This document shows, in pieces, positions 1 through 12,760 of a DNA stretch of 64,000 bases (its first letter is position 1; each line of letters starts with the position of its first letter). Where the stretch lies: positions 124,001 through 188,000 of the forward strand of contig NIVC01000571.1 of the NCBI GenBank assembly GCA_002269645.1. The letters are read 5' to 3'. The notes below the pieces were generated by a model. That model was not told where the DNA came from. It did no database searches and saw nothing but the letters and a program-made list of their open reading frames with translations. The translations under genes and the position numbers were made by a program. This DNA is from Macrostomum lignano. Taxonomy: Eukaryota.

Positions 1-191
1 ATGCTTGCTATCTGGGGAATGCTTGCTATCTGGGGGATGCTTGTGGTCTTGGGAAGATTTCTTATTGCAATTCACTTCATTTGAGCAGTTTGTCTGGCTC
101 TTTGTGAAGGATTTTCTGGCTGTCTTTTTGTTACTTGTAGAGAACAGAGATTCTATCCAGATGTCCCCCATCGGGGGGCGAAGATTGCTAG
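1..191 (+). mobile_element. 3' end of a non-autonomous Helitron-like element (copy 1, truncated by window edge)
   Basis: Tail of the 18-bp ATGCTTGCTATCTGGGGG repeat (1-50), then a unique segment similar to 4080-4227, hairpin CCCCC-ATC-GGGGGG (165-178) and terminal CTAG (188-191). Hairpin plus CTRR is the established Helitron 3' signature. Confidence 0.7.
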
Positions 192-769
192 TCCTATATA
201 CTAACAATGAAATGTGTGTCTCTGTGAGATAGATTTCAGAAAAAACGGCTTAACCGATTTTGTTCAAACTTGCACCATTCGATCAGAAATTTTCCTGGGA
301 CGGTACATGCATCTTGGCTAAGAAATTGCTCAATTTTAAAGGGATTAAATATTCGAAAAACATGCTTTTTTGCAAAGGTCAAGCAGCTCTTTCGACCTGA
401 AATGCATTGTAAGAATGCTAGAGAAAAAACTGACTGACTGAATTCTGATTCTGACAAAGATTGCATCACAACAAGTTGAAAACAGTGCCGAAGAAATGCA
501 CACACGACTTGAATGAAATTGCGTAACCATATTGGCAACTTAAATTGAGACTGATTCTGGCTGACTGAGAAATTGATTATGTCATAACTTTTTACTCCAA
601 TTGACTTGCTGTAAGAATTGAATTATAAGGGCCACAATTTATGTTCTCCAATTGAAAAAGATAGCCCAGATGCGAACAGACTGGAATGCTAATGTAGCGA
701 CTTGGGTTCGAATCTTAGTAGGGCAAAAAAGATTTTTTTTATTAAAACACCTTAAAAACACAAAACTTC

Positions 770-3470
770 TAAACATAAAAGAAGCGCAATGTCAAACATA
801 GAAGAGCCACCATGTCGAACATAAAAGAGCTAACATATCGAATATTAAAGAGCCACCATGTCAAACCTAAACGAGCCACCATGTCTAATATTTAAGAGGC
901 ACCATATAAAACATATAAGTGACTTTATGTCAAACATAAAAGAGCCACCATTTCTAACATTAAACAGCCACCATTTCGAACATTAAAGAGCCACCATGTC
1001 GAAAATAAAAGAGTCACTATTTCGAACATCAAAGAGCCACTATGTCAAACATTTAGGAGCCACTTTTTCGAACATTAAAGAGCCACCATGTCAAACATAA
1101 AAGAGCCAACATGTCAAACATAAAAGAGCCAACATGTCAAACATAAAGAGCCACCATGTCAAACATTTAAGAGCCACCATGTCAAACATATATGTGACTT
1201 TGTGTTAAACATTAAAGAGCCACCATTTCGAACATTAAAGAGCCACCATGTCAAACATGAAAGAGCTATAACATGAAGAATATTAAAGAGCCACCATGTC
1301 GAACATAAAAGAGCTGCCATGTAAAATAACAAAGAGCTACCAAGTTAAACATAAAAGAGCCACCATGTAAAACATTAAAGAGCCACATTGTCAAACCTAG
1401 AAGAGCCACCATGTCGAACATAACAGAGCTACCATGTCAAACATTAAAGAGCCACCATGTCAAACATTCAAAAGTTACATTGTCAAACATTGAAGAGCCA
1501 CTATGTCAAACATTTAGGAGCCACTTTGTCGAACATTAAAGAGCCAACATGTCAGACATAAAGAGCCACCATGTCAAACATTTAAGAGCCACCATGTCAA
1601 ACATATATGTGACTTTATGTCAAACATTAAAGAGCCACCATTTCGGACATAACAGAGCTACCATGTAAAACATTAAAGAGCCACCATGTCAAACATTAAA
1701 GAGCCACCATGTCGAACATAAAAGAGCCACCATGTCAAACCTAAAAGAGCCACCATGTCGAAAATAAAAGAGCCACTATTTCGAACATTAAAGAGCCACC
1801 ATTTCGAACATTAAAGAGCCACCATGTCGACCATAAAAGAGCCACTATTTTGAACATTAAATATCCACCATGTCAAACATAAAAGAGCCAACATGTCAAA
1901 CATAAAAGAGCCAACATGTCAAACATAAAGAGCCACCATGTCGAAAATGAAAGAGCCACTATTTCGAACATTAAAGAGCCACCATTTCGAACATTAAAGA
2001 GCCACCATGTCGACCATAAAAGAGCCACTATTTTGAACATTAAATATCCACCATGTCAAACATAAAAGAGCCAACATGTCAAACATAAAAGAGCCAACAT
2101 GTCAAACATAAAGAGCCACCATGTCGAAAATGAAAGAGCCACTATTTCGAACATTAAAGAGCCACCATTTCGAACATTAAAGAGCCACCATGTCGACCAT
2201 AAAAGAGCCACCATGTCAAACATGAAAGAGCTATAACATGAAGAATATTAAAGAGCCACCATGTCGAACATTAAAGAGCCACCATGTCGAACATTTAAGA
2301 GCCACCATGTTAAACCTAAAAGAGCCACCATGTTAAACCTAAAAGAGCCACCATGTTAAACCTAAAAGAGCCACCATGTTAAACCTAAAAGAGCCACCAT
2401 GTCAAACCTAAAAGAGCCACCATTTCGAACATATAAGTGACTTTATGTCAAACATTAAAGAGCCACCATGTCAAACATTAAAGAGCCACCATGTAAAACA
2501 AAAGAGCCACCATTTCGAACATTAAAGAGCCACCATGTAAAACATTTAAGAGCCACCATGTTAAACATAAAAGAGCCACTATGTTGAACATTAAACAGCC
2601 ATCATGTCAAACCTAAAAGATCCACAATTTCGAACACTTAAGAGCCACAATGTAGAATATTAAAGAGCTACCATGTCAAACATTTAAGAGCCACCATGTC
2701 AAACATTTAAGAGCCACCACGTAAAACATTAAAGAGCCACCATTTGAAACATTAAAGAGTCACCATGTCAAACATTTAAGAGCCACCATGTCAAACATTT
2801 AAGAGCCACCATGTCAAACCTAAAAGAGCCACCATGTCAAACCTAAAAGAGCCACCATGTCGAACATAAAAGAGCCACCATGTCAAACCTAAAAGAGCCA
2901 CCATGTCGAACATAAAAGAGCTATACCATGAAAAAAATTAAAGAGCCACTATCTCGAACATTAAAGAGCCACCATGTCAAACATTTAAGAGCCACCATGT
3001 CAAACATTTAAGAGCCACCATGTCAAACCTAAAAGAGCCACCATGTCAAACCTAAAAGAGCCACCATGTCAAACCTAAAAGAGCCACCATGTCGAACATA
3101 AAAGAGCTATACCATGAAAAACATTAAAGAGCCACTTTCTCGAACATTAAGGAGCCACCATGTCAAACATTTAAAAGCCACCTTGTCAAACATTAAATAG
3201 CCACTTTGTCGAACATTAAAGAGTCACTGTGTCAAACATAAAAGAGCCACTGTTTCAAACATAAAAGAGCCACCAGGTTAAACATTAAAGAGCCACCATG
3301 TCAAACAATAAAGAGGCACCATGTCAAACATAAAAGAGCCACCATGTCTGACATTAAAAAGCCATCGTTTCAAACATAAAACAGTTGCCATGTAGAACTT
3401 AAAACAGCCACCATGTCAAACATAAAATTTACACAATTTCAAACATAAAAGTAAGCGAATTTTAAAGGAG
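770..3470. repeat. Satellite, 21-23 bp unit, consensus AAAGAGCCACCATGTCAAACAT(A/T), about 120 copies
   Basis: Direct reading. Contains a higher-order duplication of about 183 bp (diagnostic ATATCCACCA at 1861 and 2044). Confidence 0.95.
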
Positions 3471-3514
3471 CCACTATAATGCTAAGGAAATTATCGCACT
3501 AGCTACTTATTGTC

Positions 3515-4085
3515 TGGTGGATGCTTGCTATTTGGGGATGCTATCTATGTAGGGGATGCTTGCTATCTGGCGGATGCTTGCTATCTGGGGGATGCTTGCT
3601 ATCTGGGGGATGCTTGCTATCTGGGGGTTGCTTGTAATCTGGAAGATGCCTGCTATCTGGCGGATGCTTGCTATCTGGGGGATGCTTGCTATCTGGGGGA
3701 TGCTTGCTATCTGGGGGATGCTTGCTATCTGGGGGATGCTTGCTATCTGGGGGTTGCTTGTAATCTGGAAGATGCTTGCTATCTGGCGGATGCTTGCTAT
3801 CTGGAAGATGCTTGCTATCTGGCGGATGCTTGCTATCTGGGGGATGCTTGCTATCTGGGGGATGCTTGCTATCTGGGGATGCTTGCTATCTGGGGGTTGC
3901 TTGTAATCTGGAAGATGCTTGCTATCTGGCGGATGCTTGCTATCTGGAAGATGCTTGCTATCTGGCGGATGCTTGCTATCTGGGGGATGCTTGCTATCTG
4001 GGGGATGCTTGCTATCTGGGGGATGCTTGCTATCTGGGGGTTGCTTGTAATCTGGAAGATGCTTGCTATCTGGGGGATTCTTGCT
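3515..4085. repeat. 18-bp minisatellite GGGGATGCTTGCTATCTG, about 31 copies
   Basis: Direct reading; explains the spurious GDACYL/MLAIWG ORFs. Confidence 0.95.
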
Positions 4086-4922
4086 GTCTTGGGATGATTT
4101 CTTTTTGCTTCCTTTGAGTATTTTGTCTGTTTTTTTTTGTGAAGGCCTTTTTTGGCTATCTTTTTGTTACTTGTAGAGAACAGAGGTTCTATACAGATGT
4201 CCCCCAACGGGGGGCGAAGATTGCTAGTTAGCTGTCTGAAGCACAAAAAATTAATTTTTTTGAAACATTAAATTCATTCTCATATGTTCTGCAATTCATT
4301 AAAGATATACATGTAGCAACTTAAACATTCAGTTGATACTTTCCACCTTTGGATGCATATAGCTACTAACAAGAAAAAAGACAAAAGAAAAAACTTAATT
4401 GCCATTGATGCTGGCAATGTAATATTAAATATGGTACAGAAAGATGGAATCTCTACAGAGAGTGCTGCCACACGAATTTTTGAAGTGTTTAACAGATAAG
4501 TCATGGCAGTACCATAACAGACATACTATATTTTATATTACTCTTCGATTGACAATTACGCTTTAGATATGTTTTAGATGATGATTTTCCATTGGGACTG
4601 ACTCTATATACCGAGGCCAGACACAGTTAAGTGCGGCTGACAGCACTGAAGCGGCGGTTAACAGAGAATGCGATGAGCTGTGGCCTGTGGAGACAGCCAG
4701 CTGATGTACGAGCATCAGTAGAAGGGAAAGACATCCAATAGTGTCTTGCTATTGGTTTGTTACATGTACAGCGAACATCTACTTTTATTCTAATGTGATC
4801 GATTTAATTCTACTGACCCAATTGGCTAAAGCACTGTAAACTGCACACCTCTCGGACGGATATGTAATGCCATTTGCTGCACTTTTACCTGTTTCTCTGC
4901 CAGAACACCAGCATCATTGTAT

Positions 4923-7900
4923 CAAGGACTACTTAAGTAGAAGGACGCTGCACTCCCGAATGGTGTAGATTTTTTTGAAGGCCATTTTTCAAAATGCTGT
5001 TATTTTTAAATGGTTGCATGTAGAGGTCTAGTTTTTTCACGGGGTTGCTCAGAATTTATTCCTCTTTTAGATGAGTGAACAGTTTCGGCTGCAACTACAT
5101 GTATTCGCGAGAAATGTACAGCAAGGTACTGTTACCCCCTTCTTTATTATAGAACAATAAAGCTAGGATATTTAAAGGATAATTCCGACAATTGAGCTAA
5201 TGTAATCCAATTAAAATGAGATGAGATTAACAAAGAACGAAGCCCGTCAGTCTGTACTTTTCAAAAGCCATCCCTGATCTTTTCAACAATAAAATAACAA
5301 AGAGCAAAAGCAGAGAAACTGGCACAATGCCAGTGCTGATAACAATCGATGTATCGTTATTGGACTGGAAACAAAAAATGTTGAACTGAACTGGTTGCTT
5401 GTTGCACAGCAGCTCATTGTACTTTAATCTCAATTGATAGCTACAGTAAGGCAAATATGTATGTAAGGCTGCAAATATAAGACTGTGTATAGTGTATAGT
5501 GTATAGAAACTGTGGCAACTATTGGGTAGGCAACAGCAGTAAAATGCAGAAACCAACTTATGAAAGCAGCAACAAATGTTTAAACCAACGTATGAAAGCA
5601 GCAACAGATGCATAAACCAACTTATGAAAGCATAAGCATATTCAATGACGTGAATGTGAATTGGGTCTGTATAAAACATGGACAACCATGGACTATGGGT
5701 CAAATTACATGCTCAATCAATTAACAATGTTCGCTTCAATTCTACGAGCTATGTTGCCTCCGATTTTGGCTTATTGCATTTTTGGTTGGATATTTCGATA
5801 TTTTCCAGTGTCCACTTCGTTTGTTTAAATTAGAGGTGTCTAAGTGTACAATGGGTGTTCAAGTTTTATACGAACTCGGTGTGTTGATAGAATGTCACGG
5901 ATTTCTCAAAAAGCGTACAAACAGCTCATAACTAACTTGATGCTAACTTTCGCAGACGCCGTCCACTGCCGGGCGTCTCTCGTACATGGTCCGAATCACG
6001 ACGCACGAGTCCTTTAAAAAATGTGTTAGCTAACCTCCTGGAAATGCGGCTAACCTGAGCTGGATCTGAAACAGTTACATCCATGAAAGCTTCAAAAACG
6101 TTAATAAAAGATCGGACACAATAGTTGACGCAGTGGATCTTGACAGAGGAGAAAAAAGCATAGCACAGGCTGGAGAAAACTAAAAGCCACTCTGGCGGGT
6201 GCCGGAGCTTGCCACGAGATAGCAGCGATGTAAATTCGCTACCGCCAGGAAACTCAGTTGCAAATGCTTCAAAAACTTCTGGAAGATGCTCTTTAGCAGC
6301 AACGTAACCGGAAATATAGTACAAAGAAGCATTCTCCTCATCTGTATTGTGGCTGATCTTGTCTTGAAGCTGATCAAACACCTCTAGATCAGAGTCCTTC
6401 ATCCCATCGGAACAGCATGTCGCCGGCTCATGAGCCTCAAAGCTGTTCTGAAGCGCTCCGTACAATTTCATTCGGTGCAGCCGAGCACTGGCCATAACTT
6501 GCTCGACTGTTATGTAGTAACACCCGCCGTGGCCCTGGCGGTAGAGAGCGAACTCGGCCTCCAATCTGTCTGATTGCAGTACACCTTAAAGACAATTTCG
6601 TGACCCATTAGATAGCCGTGACCTGCATCCCCACAATTCATTAAATTCATTCCCTAGCAACAATTATTCAAAAACTGATTGCTGCATGTAAATAATGCAA
6701 AGAACTCACCAAGAAGAACGTAAGAAAATCGATGGTTGGTTAGAAGGTGTCTGCTGAGGCCCACCAGACCTCTTGTTGTCTGGATTAAAGCGTTGCGCGT
6801 CTCTGTGGTGAGCGACCGACCGCGTCCCGCACCTCGTCCACCCGGCATGCGCTCCACCAGTGCGGAGAAATTAAGTAAATGTGTCAAGCTGCTAGATTCT
6901 TCCGACGTAATTGGAGCCCTAAGTTTGTCATTCAAGGCAACGTGTGATTCTGGTGATTTAACATTAACTATTTTCCAAAAGGTGACCACATGGTCCACAA
7001 AGTCGGCTGAGTCATGGCGACCGTTAACACGAAGTGCGGCAACCGTCTTCTCGTTGAAGATGTCGACAACTAGTGACACCTTTTGTCGCTCCAGTGGAGA
7101 CGGATTGCACGCGACAGAGTTGACTGAAGTCGGGCGAACTACTTGTCCACGGGATCGCTCCTCGATTTCAACAATATCATTCCAGCGTGCTCGGCAAACA
7201 CGTTCCTGCTTATCTGCTGATGGGTGAAAATCGATCTCCTTGTGCGCTTGAGTGAACCAATTATTTCTTATATTCTTAAACAAATGCACTGTGTCAAACA
7301 ACAGAAACAATGGTTTCTCTGCGTCTGCAGGGTTTTCGGCAAGCCATGGTGTGTTTGTGTCGCAATGAAACAGTTTGAAACAGTTCTGGTTAGTGAAGTG
7401 ATTATCGCAAATCAAGCTCACAACTGTACCACCACAGCCGTGGACAATTTCAATAAGTCGTACAACCTGTCTGTGTAAAAAAGCAGGCTGTAAACTATAG
7501 ATTGGCACAAGTCTGGCAACAAACGCAGGTGCGCCCATAAATGGTTTTACCATAATGGCGAGAATAGTCCGAGCAAGCTTCTGTGGAACATCCTCAGCAA
7601 AGCCAACTACATGGACACCTTTGAGACGAAGTGAAGGTTGCACATACACTTCATCAAAGATGATTGAGCACAGGCACTGAGACGGTGTGTTGTGTTCGAA
7701 ATTCGACTTGACAATTTGCTGACAGTCGGTGTCGGTTCCAATGCTGCCAAGTCCACCCAGATGACGTTTGAGAGTGTCTGGATGTGGTAGACAGGCGAAC
7801 TCTCTCATTGCACGATAGCCAGCACGACTGGTGAAGTACATTCTGGCAGCTGTCATTATATCATTTGCAGCATACCGTACGCCATGATGCTGAACAACAC

Positions 7901-9938
7901 TCAGTTGCAGCTGTCGAACAAGGAATGAATGGCGCGGGTTCTGCAGCTCCTGACAAAGTGGCTGTAGTGCGTCCAAATATGCATTGAATTCCTTGATTGG
8001 ATTTACTTCAGCTTGTCGAACTTTATTTTGTACTGCTTCCAATTGGCTGTAGCGCTCAAGTCGATGTTGAAAACCCAGCAGCTCAGACACTGACACTGGG
8101 GTGTTATGACGATTTGCAATAACAGAAAAGTCGGACATGACTGAAATTGAGCATTCAACTCTTAGTTCCCAAAGAAGGACAAATCGCACACATGATTCGT
8201 CACGCTGCACTATCCACTCATTTGCAACGAAGTCAAGGGTGGCAGATTTCTCAACAAAGGAACTCCATGAGTGAATCCGATCAGTCTCATTGAATGAGTC
8301 CATTTCATCAGCAATTTGAGCCCGCTGGTTTAACAGAATACCGCGGCGTTGAACATCTCTAGAGTGCTCTGAAGTAAGAATAATAATATGTAAGGTATGA
8401 AATCAGACAAAAACTTAATTAAGTAAAATATTATAGAAAGCCTATCATTTGGTACAAACTGTAATATTTAACCTTGCTATGAGATATACTTACTTGGCTC
8501 AGTCAGGCGAAGAGAGCCTGTTGGAAGATTTGGGAATACACTTGGTGGGTCCATAGGGCGCATGAATCGCTTGACCTTTAACATTGGTGCATTTGTTGGC
8601 CAATGTTTTTGGCAAATGCCCATGTATTTAGATGGACTCTAAAACAGTAAGTATTATATCATATTGTACTAATGTTCCATTAGCATGTGAATTAAGCAAG
8701 ACAAGAATATGCAATAGCAGCAATAGCACCATACCTTAACATTTGGTGGCAAAGCTCGGATCCACATGCTGTAGTCTTCTTTATCCTTTGGAAAGCTATA
8801 CACTGTCACCTTCTCACCAGATTTGTAGTTACTTGTACACTTTGGAAGACAGCATTTCATTGGCATTGCAGAAATTCTGAAGCTAACAAAAAGAAATATA
8901 TACAGCTTCTATACATTATATCTAGTAAAAAAATTGCTACAATACTGTATTGCTTTTATCCCAACAGGCCAATATAATCAATTCTATACTAAATCACTTC
9001 AATAGTATTACTAAAGTTGAAAATTTGTCTTCTAAAGTCTATTATACGCATTTTCCTTTAGAATCACTTTCTATATATAAATATTTATATTTTAAATTCA
9101 ATGCAAGGCCTGAGTATTGAATATATCTTGGTTCCATTAAACTAGACTAGGTTAAAAAACTGCTCTCCAAACAGCAGAAATAAATTCAATATGTTGTTAG
9201 GCCTATCATTTAAATAAAATATAAAGTTTCAAGACAAGTCTGAAAATAGAACTTTTGTATCCAGTAGAACCGTTTAAGAAGCCTAATCTACAGATATTTG
9301 ACAGAATAGTAAAATTAGTACCTTCTATACAATATGCAAGTATCTAATATCTATCTACCTTCAAATTAAGAATAATACTTTATAACGATCTACTCATAAA
9401 CTAATCAGTAGGTCCTTTCTACACAACATTTTTGTAGAACATGCTAAAAAAGCATAGTAGGCCCTAGATATTATTATATATCAGGCATAGCCAGGGTATA
9501 GACTAACATTTAATATAGAATGTCTATAGCTAATTTAAATTTACCAAAAAAATAAAGACATAGAAAGCAGTCATCATAGAATGCTAAAGAAACTACTGAT
9601 TATTGAGAGAAACTAACACTTTAATCCAACCTTTAACATTTAACATTACAGAATTGAAAACCCTCGAAAAAATACGAAGTATTTAAAAGTAAACGTGTCA
9701 AGGACACTAACTTGGCGAAATACAATAGAGGAGCGAATACACTAGGTCTTTTTGATAAGTTTCAGCAGTTTTTTCTTTTCAGCAGGGTTGTAGTCAGTCT
9801 GAGCAAGCCATTGAAGATGAAAATCGTGAATTTTTTGTATCTCGTTAATGTATTTTTCGGCGAAAATTGGCCTTCAAAAAAAATTACACGAACCGCGAGT
9901 GCAGCGTCCTTCTATAAACGATACTTAAGTAGTCCTTG
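4923..9938 (-). mobile_element. Full-length P-superfamily DNA transposon (5,016 bp)
   Basis: Perfect 17-bp TIRs CAAGGACTACTTAAGTA (4923-4939; inverse at 9922-9938), inner inverted 16-mer GAAGGACGCTGCACTC (4940-4955 / 9897-9912), perfect 8-bp TSD CATTGTAT (4915-4922 and 9939-9946), and an internal THAP-DDE transposase. Confidence 0.96.
5932..8866 (-). CDS. P-element/THAP9-type transposase, 862 aa; exons 8866-8735, 8638-8494, 8368-6710, 6584-5932
   Basis: Spliced model is frame-continuous with GT-AG introns (2,589 nt). N-terminal THAP C2CH finger (MKCCLPKC...FPKD...W...ICQKHW...PSVF). Candidate catalytic residues in IIFDEVY, LICDNH and QSDRLEAEF, plus the P-family DTVHLFKNIRNNW motif. Confidence 0.93.
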
Positions 9939-11800
9939 CATTGTATGTGCCACAATGCTAAGATGTGCAGTGGTCCTTTGGGTGTGGTTAGTTCTGCAGG
10001 CATCGACGTAATTTATCAAATGAGACGAATTGTATACCGAGCATTACAGCTAGTGCAGGGCCAGAATCGATTACAGAGGTTCGCCAGAGCAATTGCAGTG
10101 ATCCATGTGGCTGCCGAGTCAGACGTCTGTAATAGGCTAATTAACTTACCAAGACCAAAGTATTTAATTTAAATTTATAAGCTGTTCTTTTAGTAGTTAT
10201 GCAGCCTAATTACATAAGAAAATAGTATAGTAAAATAGTAAAATAGTATTAAAGCTATGTTGCAGAATATAAATGCTTGCTGAAGTATTTTTTTTTTAAA
10301 AACGCAAGTCTGTTCGAAAAAAGATACATGCATTTTAGGTTTTAAAAGAAATGGCTTCCTAGCTCGTTTACTATATATATTCTAATTCAAAAAAACTTTT
10401 AATGCTTTAAAAGACATATTTTGCAAGCCTAATTTTTAGCTAAACCAGTTTTGTATATTTTAAGCTTCATATTTCGGTGTTTAAGTACAATAATTAAGTT
10501 CTTGAGTGGTACAATATCAATTATTTCGGGTGTTTCTTGTTACGCGATAATTTTAAATACAAGCAATTTATACGAAAAAAACAAAATGTTGATTTAAAAA
10601 TAACATTTTCTATTGAAATAATACTTATTAAATAGTAAACATAGAATAAAAGATGTATCTAATTCATAAAAAAATAAAAGAAAACTTGCATTATTTCACA
10701 ATTTTTGGTCGTTTTATTTTCCGTTGCGAAAAATAACAAATTGCTAGATTTCGTCTTAAATATTTGGTTTCTTGTGGTTTTAACGGCAGTTTTTTAATTA
10801 AATTGACGAAAGAATCGTTTTTGCAAAATAATTACTTTATTCAAAAACTTTTTTTTCTGTACCAAAACATCATGACCTTAATTTGAGAACTACCCCAACA
10901 GTTTCTGATTTGTGATTCATTTAAATGCGCGCCACAACGGAATGTATTTAAAAGAGCTGCCAATTAAACTTTTAGTATAAAAAAAGATATTTAAAGAAAA
11001 GCTAATTTAATTTAAATTATTTATTCGTTTTTATAGGCTAAAATAATTTTAGGCAAAACAATAAAACTGCTCTATTTAATCGATTTCAGAGGCTAATACA
11101 TACATATGCTAACCAGGGACTACTATCACGTGACTTATATCTCAGTGCATGTTTGTTAATTCACCGAAATATTGTAATCTTGATTTTTAAAAATAAATTA
11201 TTAATAGGCCGTTTCCCGCGTCCCTAGTATTAAGTAGTCCGGCCCTGACCGCAGAGTGCCAGCTGGATGCATGTCCTGCAGAGCGTGGGATATGCGTCGG
11301 ACCCCATACGGATAAATACTACAAGCTGAAGGAGCGCCTGCTCGGCATTTTTAGCCTCGCCCGACAGCAGGGAGCCAGCCGCTTGCTCCGCGCGGGTTCG
11401 GCTTGAGGATCGCCAGACGTCCGATTGAGTGGTGGTCCTGCTAGGCGAACACCCGCGGCATTGCCTGCTATTCGTGGACATCCAGATGGCGCCGCTTCCG
11501 CCGACTTCGAGGACCCCCGGGCATTTGATGCAAATAATTGAGCTCAGTGCAAAATTTTGTCTAACACAGTTCTATGCATGTAGATGTACTGGCGTATAGT
11601 TATCTTCCCTTAGATCTAAGTAGGTTTATTGTTCAACGTTCGAATCAGCTAGTTGTTTAGCTGGGTCAAATAAAAAATTCAAATCCAAATAAGGCCATCG
11701 ACATCGAATGGCCAAGAGCAGGAAAATTGTACTTTCTATTGGTTTCGATCAGAGGCAGATCATATGTCATGCCAAATTAGCTAGCTAAAATAAGTGAATT

Positions 11801-12714
11801 TGATGTAACCGCCCTTGAGATGACCGTCCGCTCAGCGGGGAGGCGAACGTATGACCCTAGGGGGCAATGACCTGACGGACCTCTAGCACCAGACTGTCCC
11901 GTCCACATGATTGGTAGCTTTGGTAGCGCTTTCGTGACCAGAAGGCCAAGGACCCACATGGACCCCACCTGTAGGTGCAATAATAATTGGTCACTCGGTC
12001 ATAGTGTGACCGAGCGGCTGCCACCACTCTATTTGACATGGCGCATCTGGATCTCACGACCAGATCTCTCGAGGCTAGAGCCCCGTCTGGATTGGTTACC
12101 AGGGGATTTAGGCTAACAGGGGAGACGCACAGGGACTCTGCTTGGGGCATATTCGGGAACTCTGGGCTCAATCTGGAGGATTTCTCAGCAGGGGATCCTT
12201 TGTGGCTGTGAACGGTTTCAATTACTAAGAGTAGTGTGAGACGAACATGTACTAGCTATAGTTTAGATTGCTCAGGGCGAAGGGACGCGTAAGCATGGGG
12301 TTGCAACGTTCCTACTGCCATTCTGTGCCATGACCCGCTAATTCCCTCTACTGCACGCACACACAGGCGGGCTTTGCGCGGGGAGAGGCCATTAGCTTAC
12401 CCAAACTTCATTATGCTTTGTCGGAGAAAAGGCTCAACAAGCCATGAGGTAAATGATGGTGAAGATGTGAAAAATGAGGAGTTTAGTATTAAAGGTTAAT
12501 AACTAGGCCCTTAGGCAAAATACAATAAACAGGCAATTAGGCGGCTTAACTATTGAGTAAAAATACAGCAAAGATACGGTAACACAATTGGCTCAGCTCT
12601 CTAATCAAGAAATGGGAAATAAGCAAACCCCGGATAAGCAAAGACAATTAAAGCACAAATTACTTTAATTAATAAGTAACTTTACTTAGTGAGTACAGGA
12701 ACTCACCGGCAGCT

Positions 12715-12760
<46 letters not shown>

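Larger units (their letters stand above)
192..4227 (+). mobile_element. Non-autonomous Helitron-like element (copy 2) carrying two tandem-repeat arrays
   Basis: Starts with TC (TCCTATATACTAA at 192) directly after the CTAG of copy 1. Ends with hairpin CCCCC-AAC-GGGGGG (4201-4214), CTAG (4224-4227), then T. No TSD and no RepHel ORF. The 5' boundary is less certain than the 3' boundary. Confidence 0.6.

Noticed and set aside
4280-4504. 74-aa minus-strand ORF faintly resembling a hAT dimerisation domain
   Set aside because: The diagnostic S-x-ER-x-FS motif is absent and similarity is too weak to support.
9712-10172. ORFs crossing the right P-element boundary as a disrupted host gene
   Set aside because: Rejoining the empty site at the TSD gives no recognisable protein in any frame.
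10056-11247. Possible hAT element bounded by CAGGGCC...GGCCCTG
   Set aside because: The inverted match is short and imperfect and the 8-bp flanks (AGCTAGTG vs ACCGCAGA) are not a TSD.
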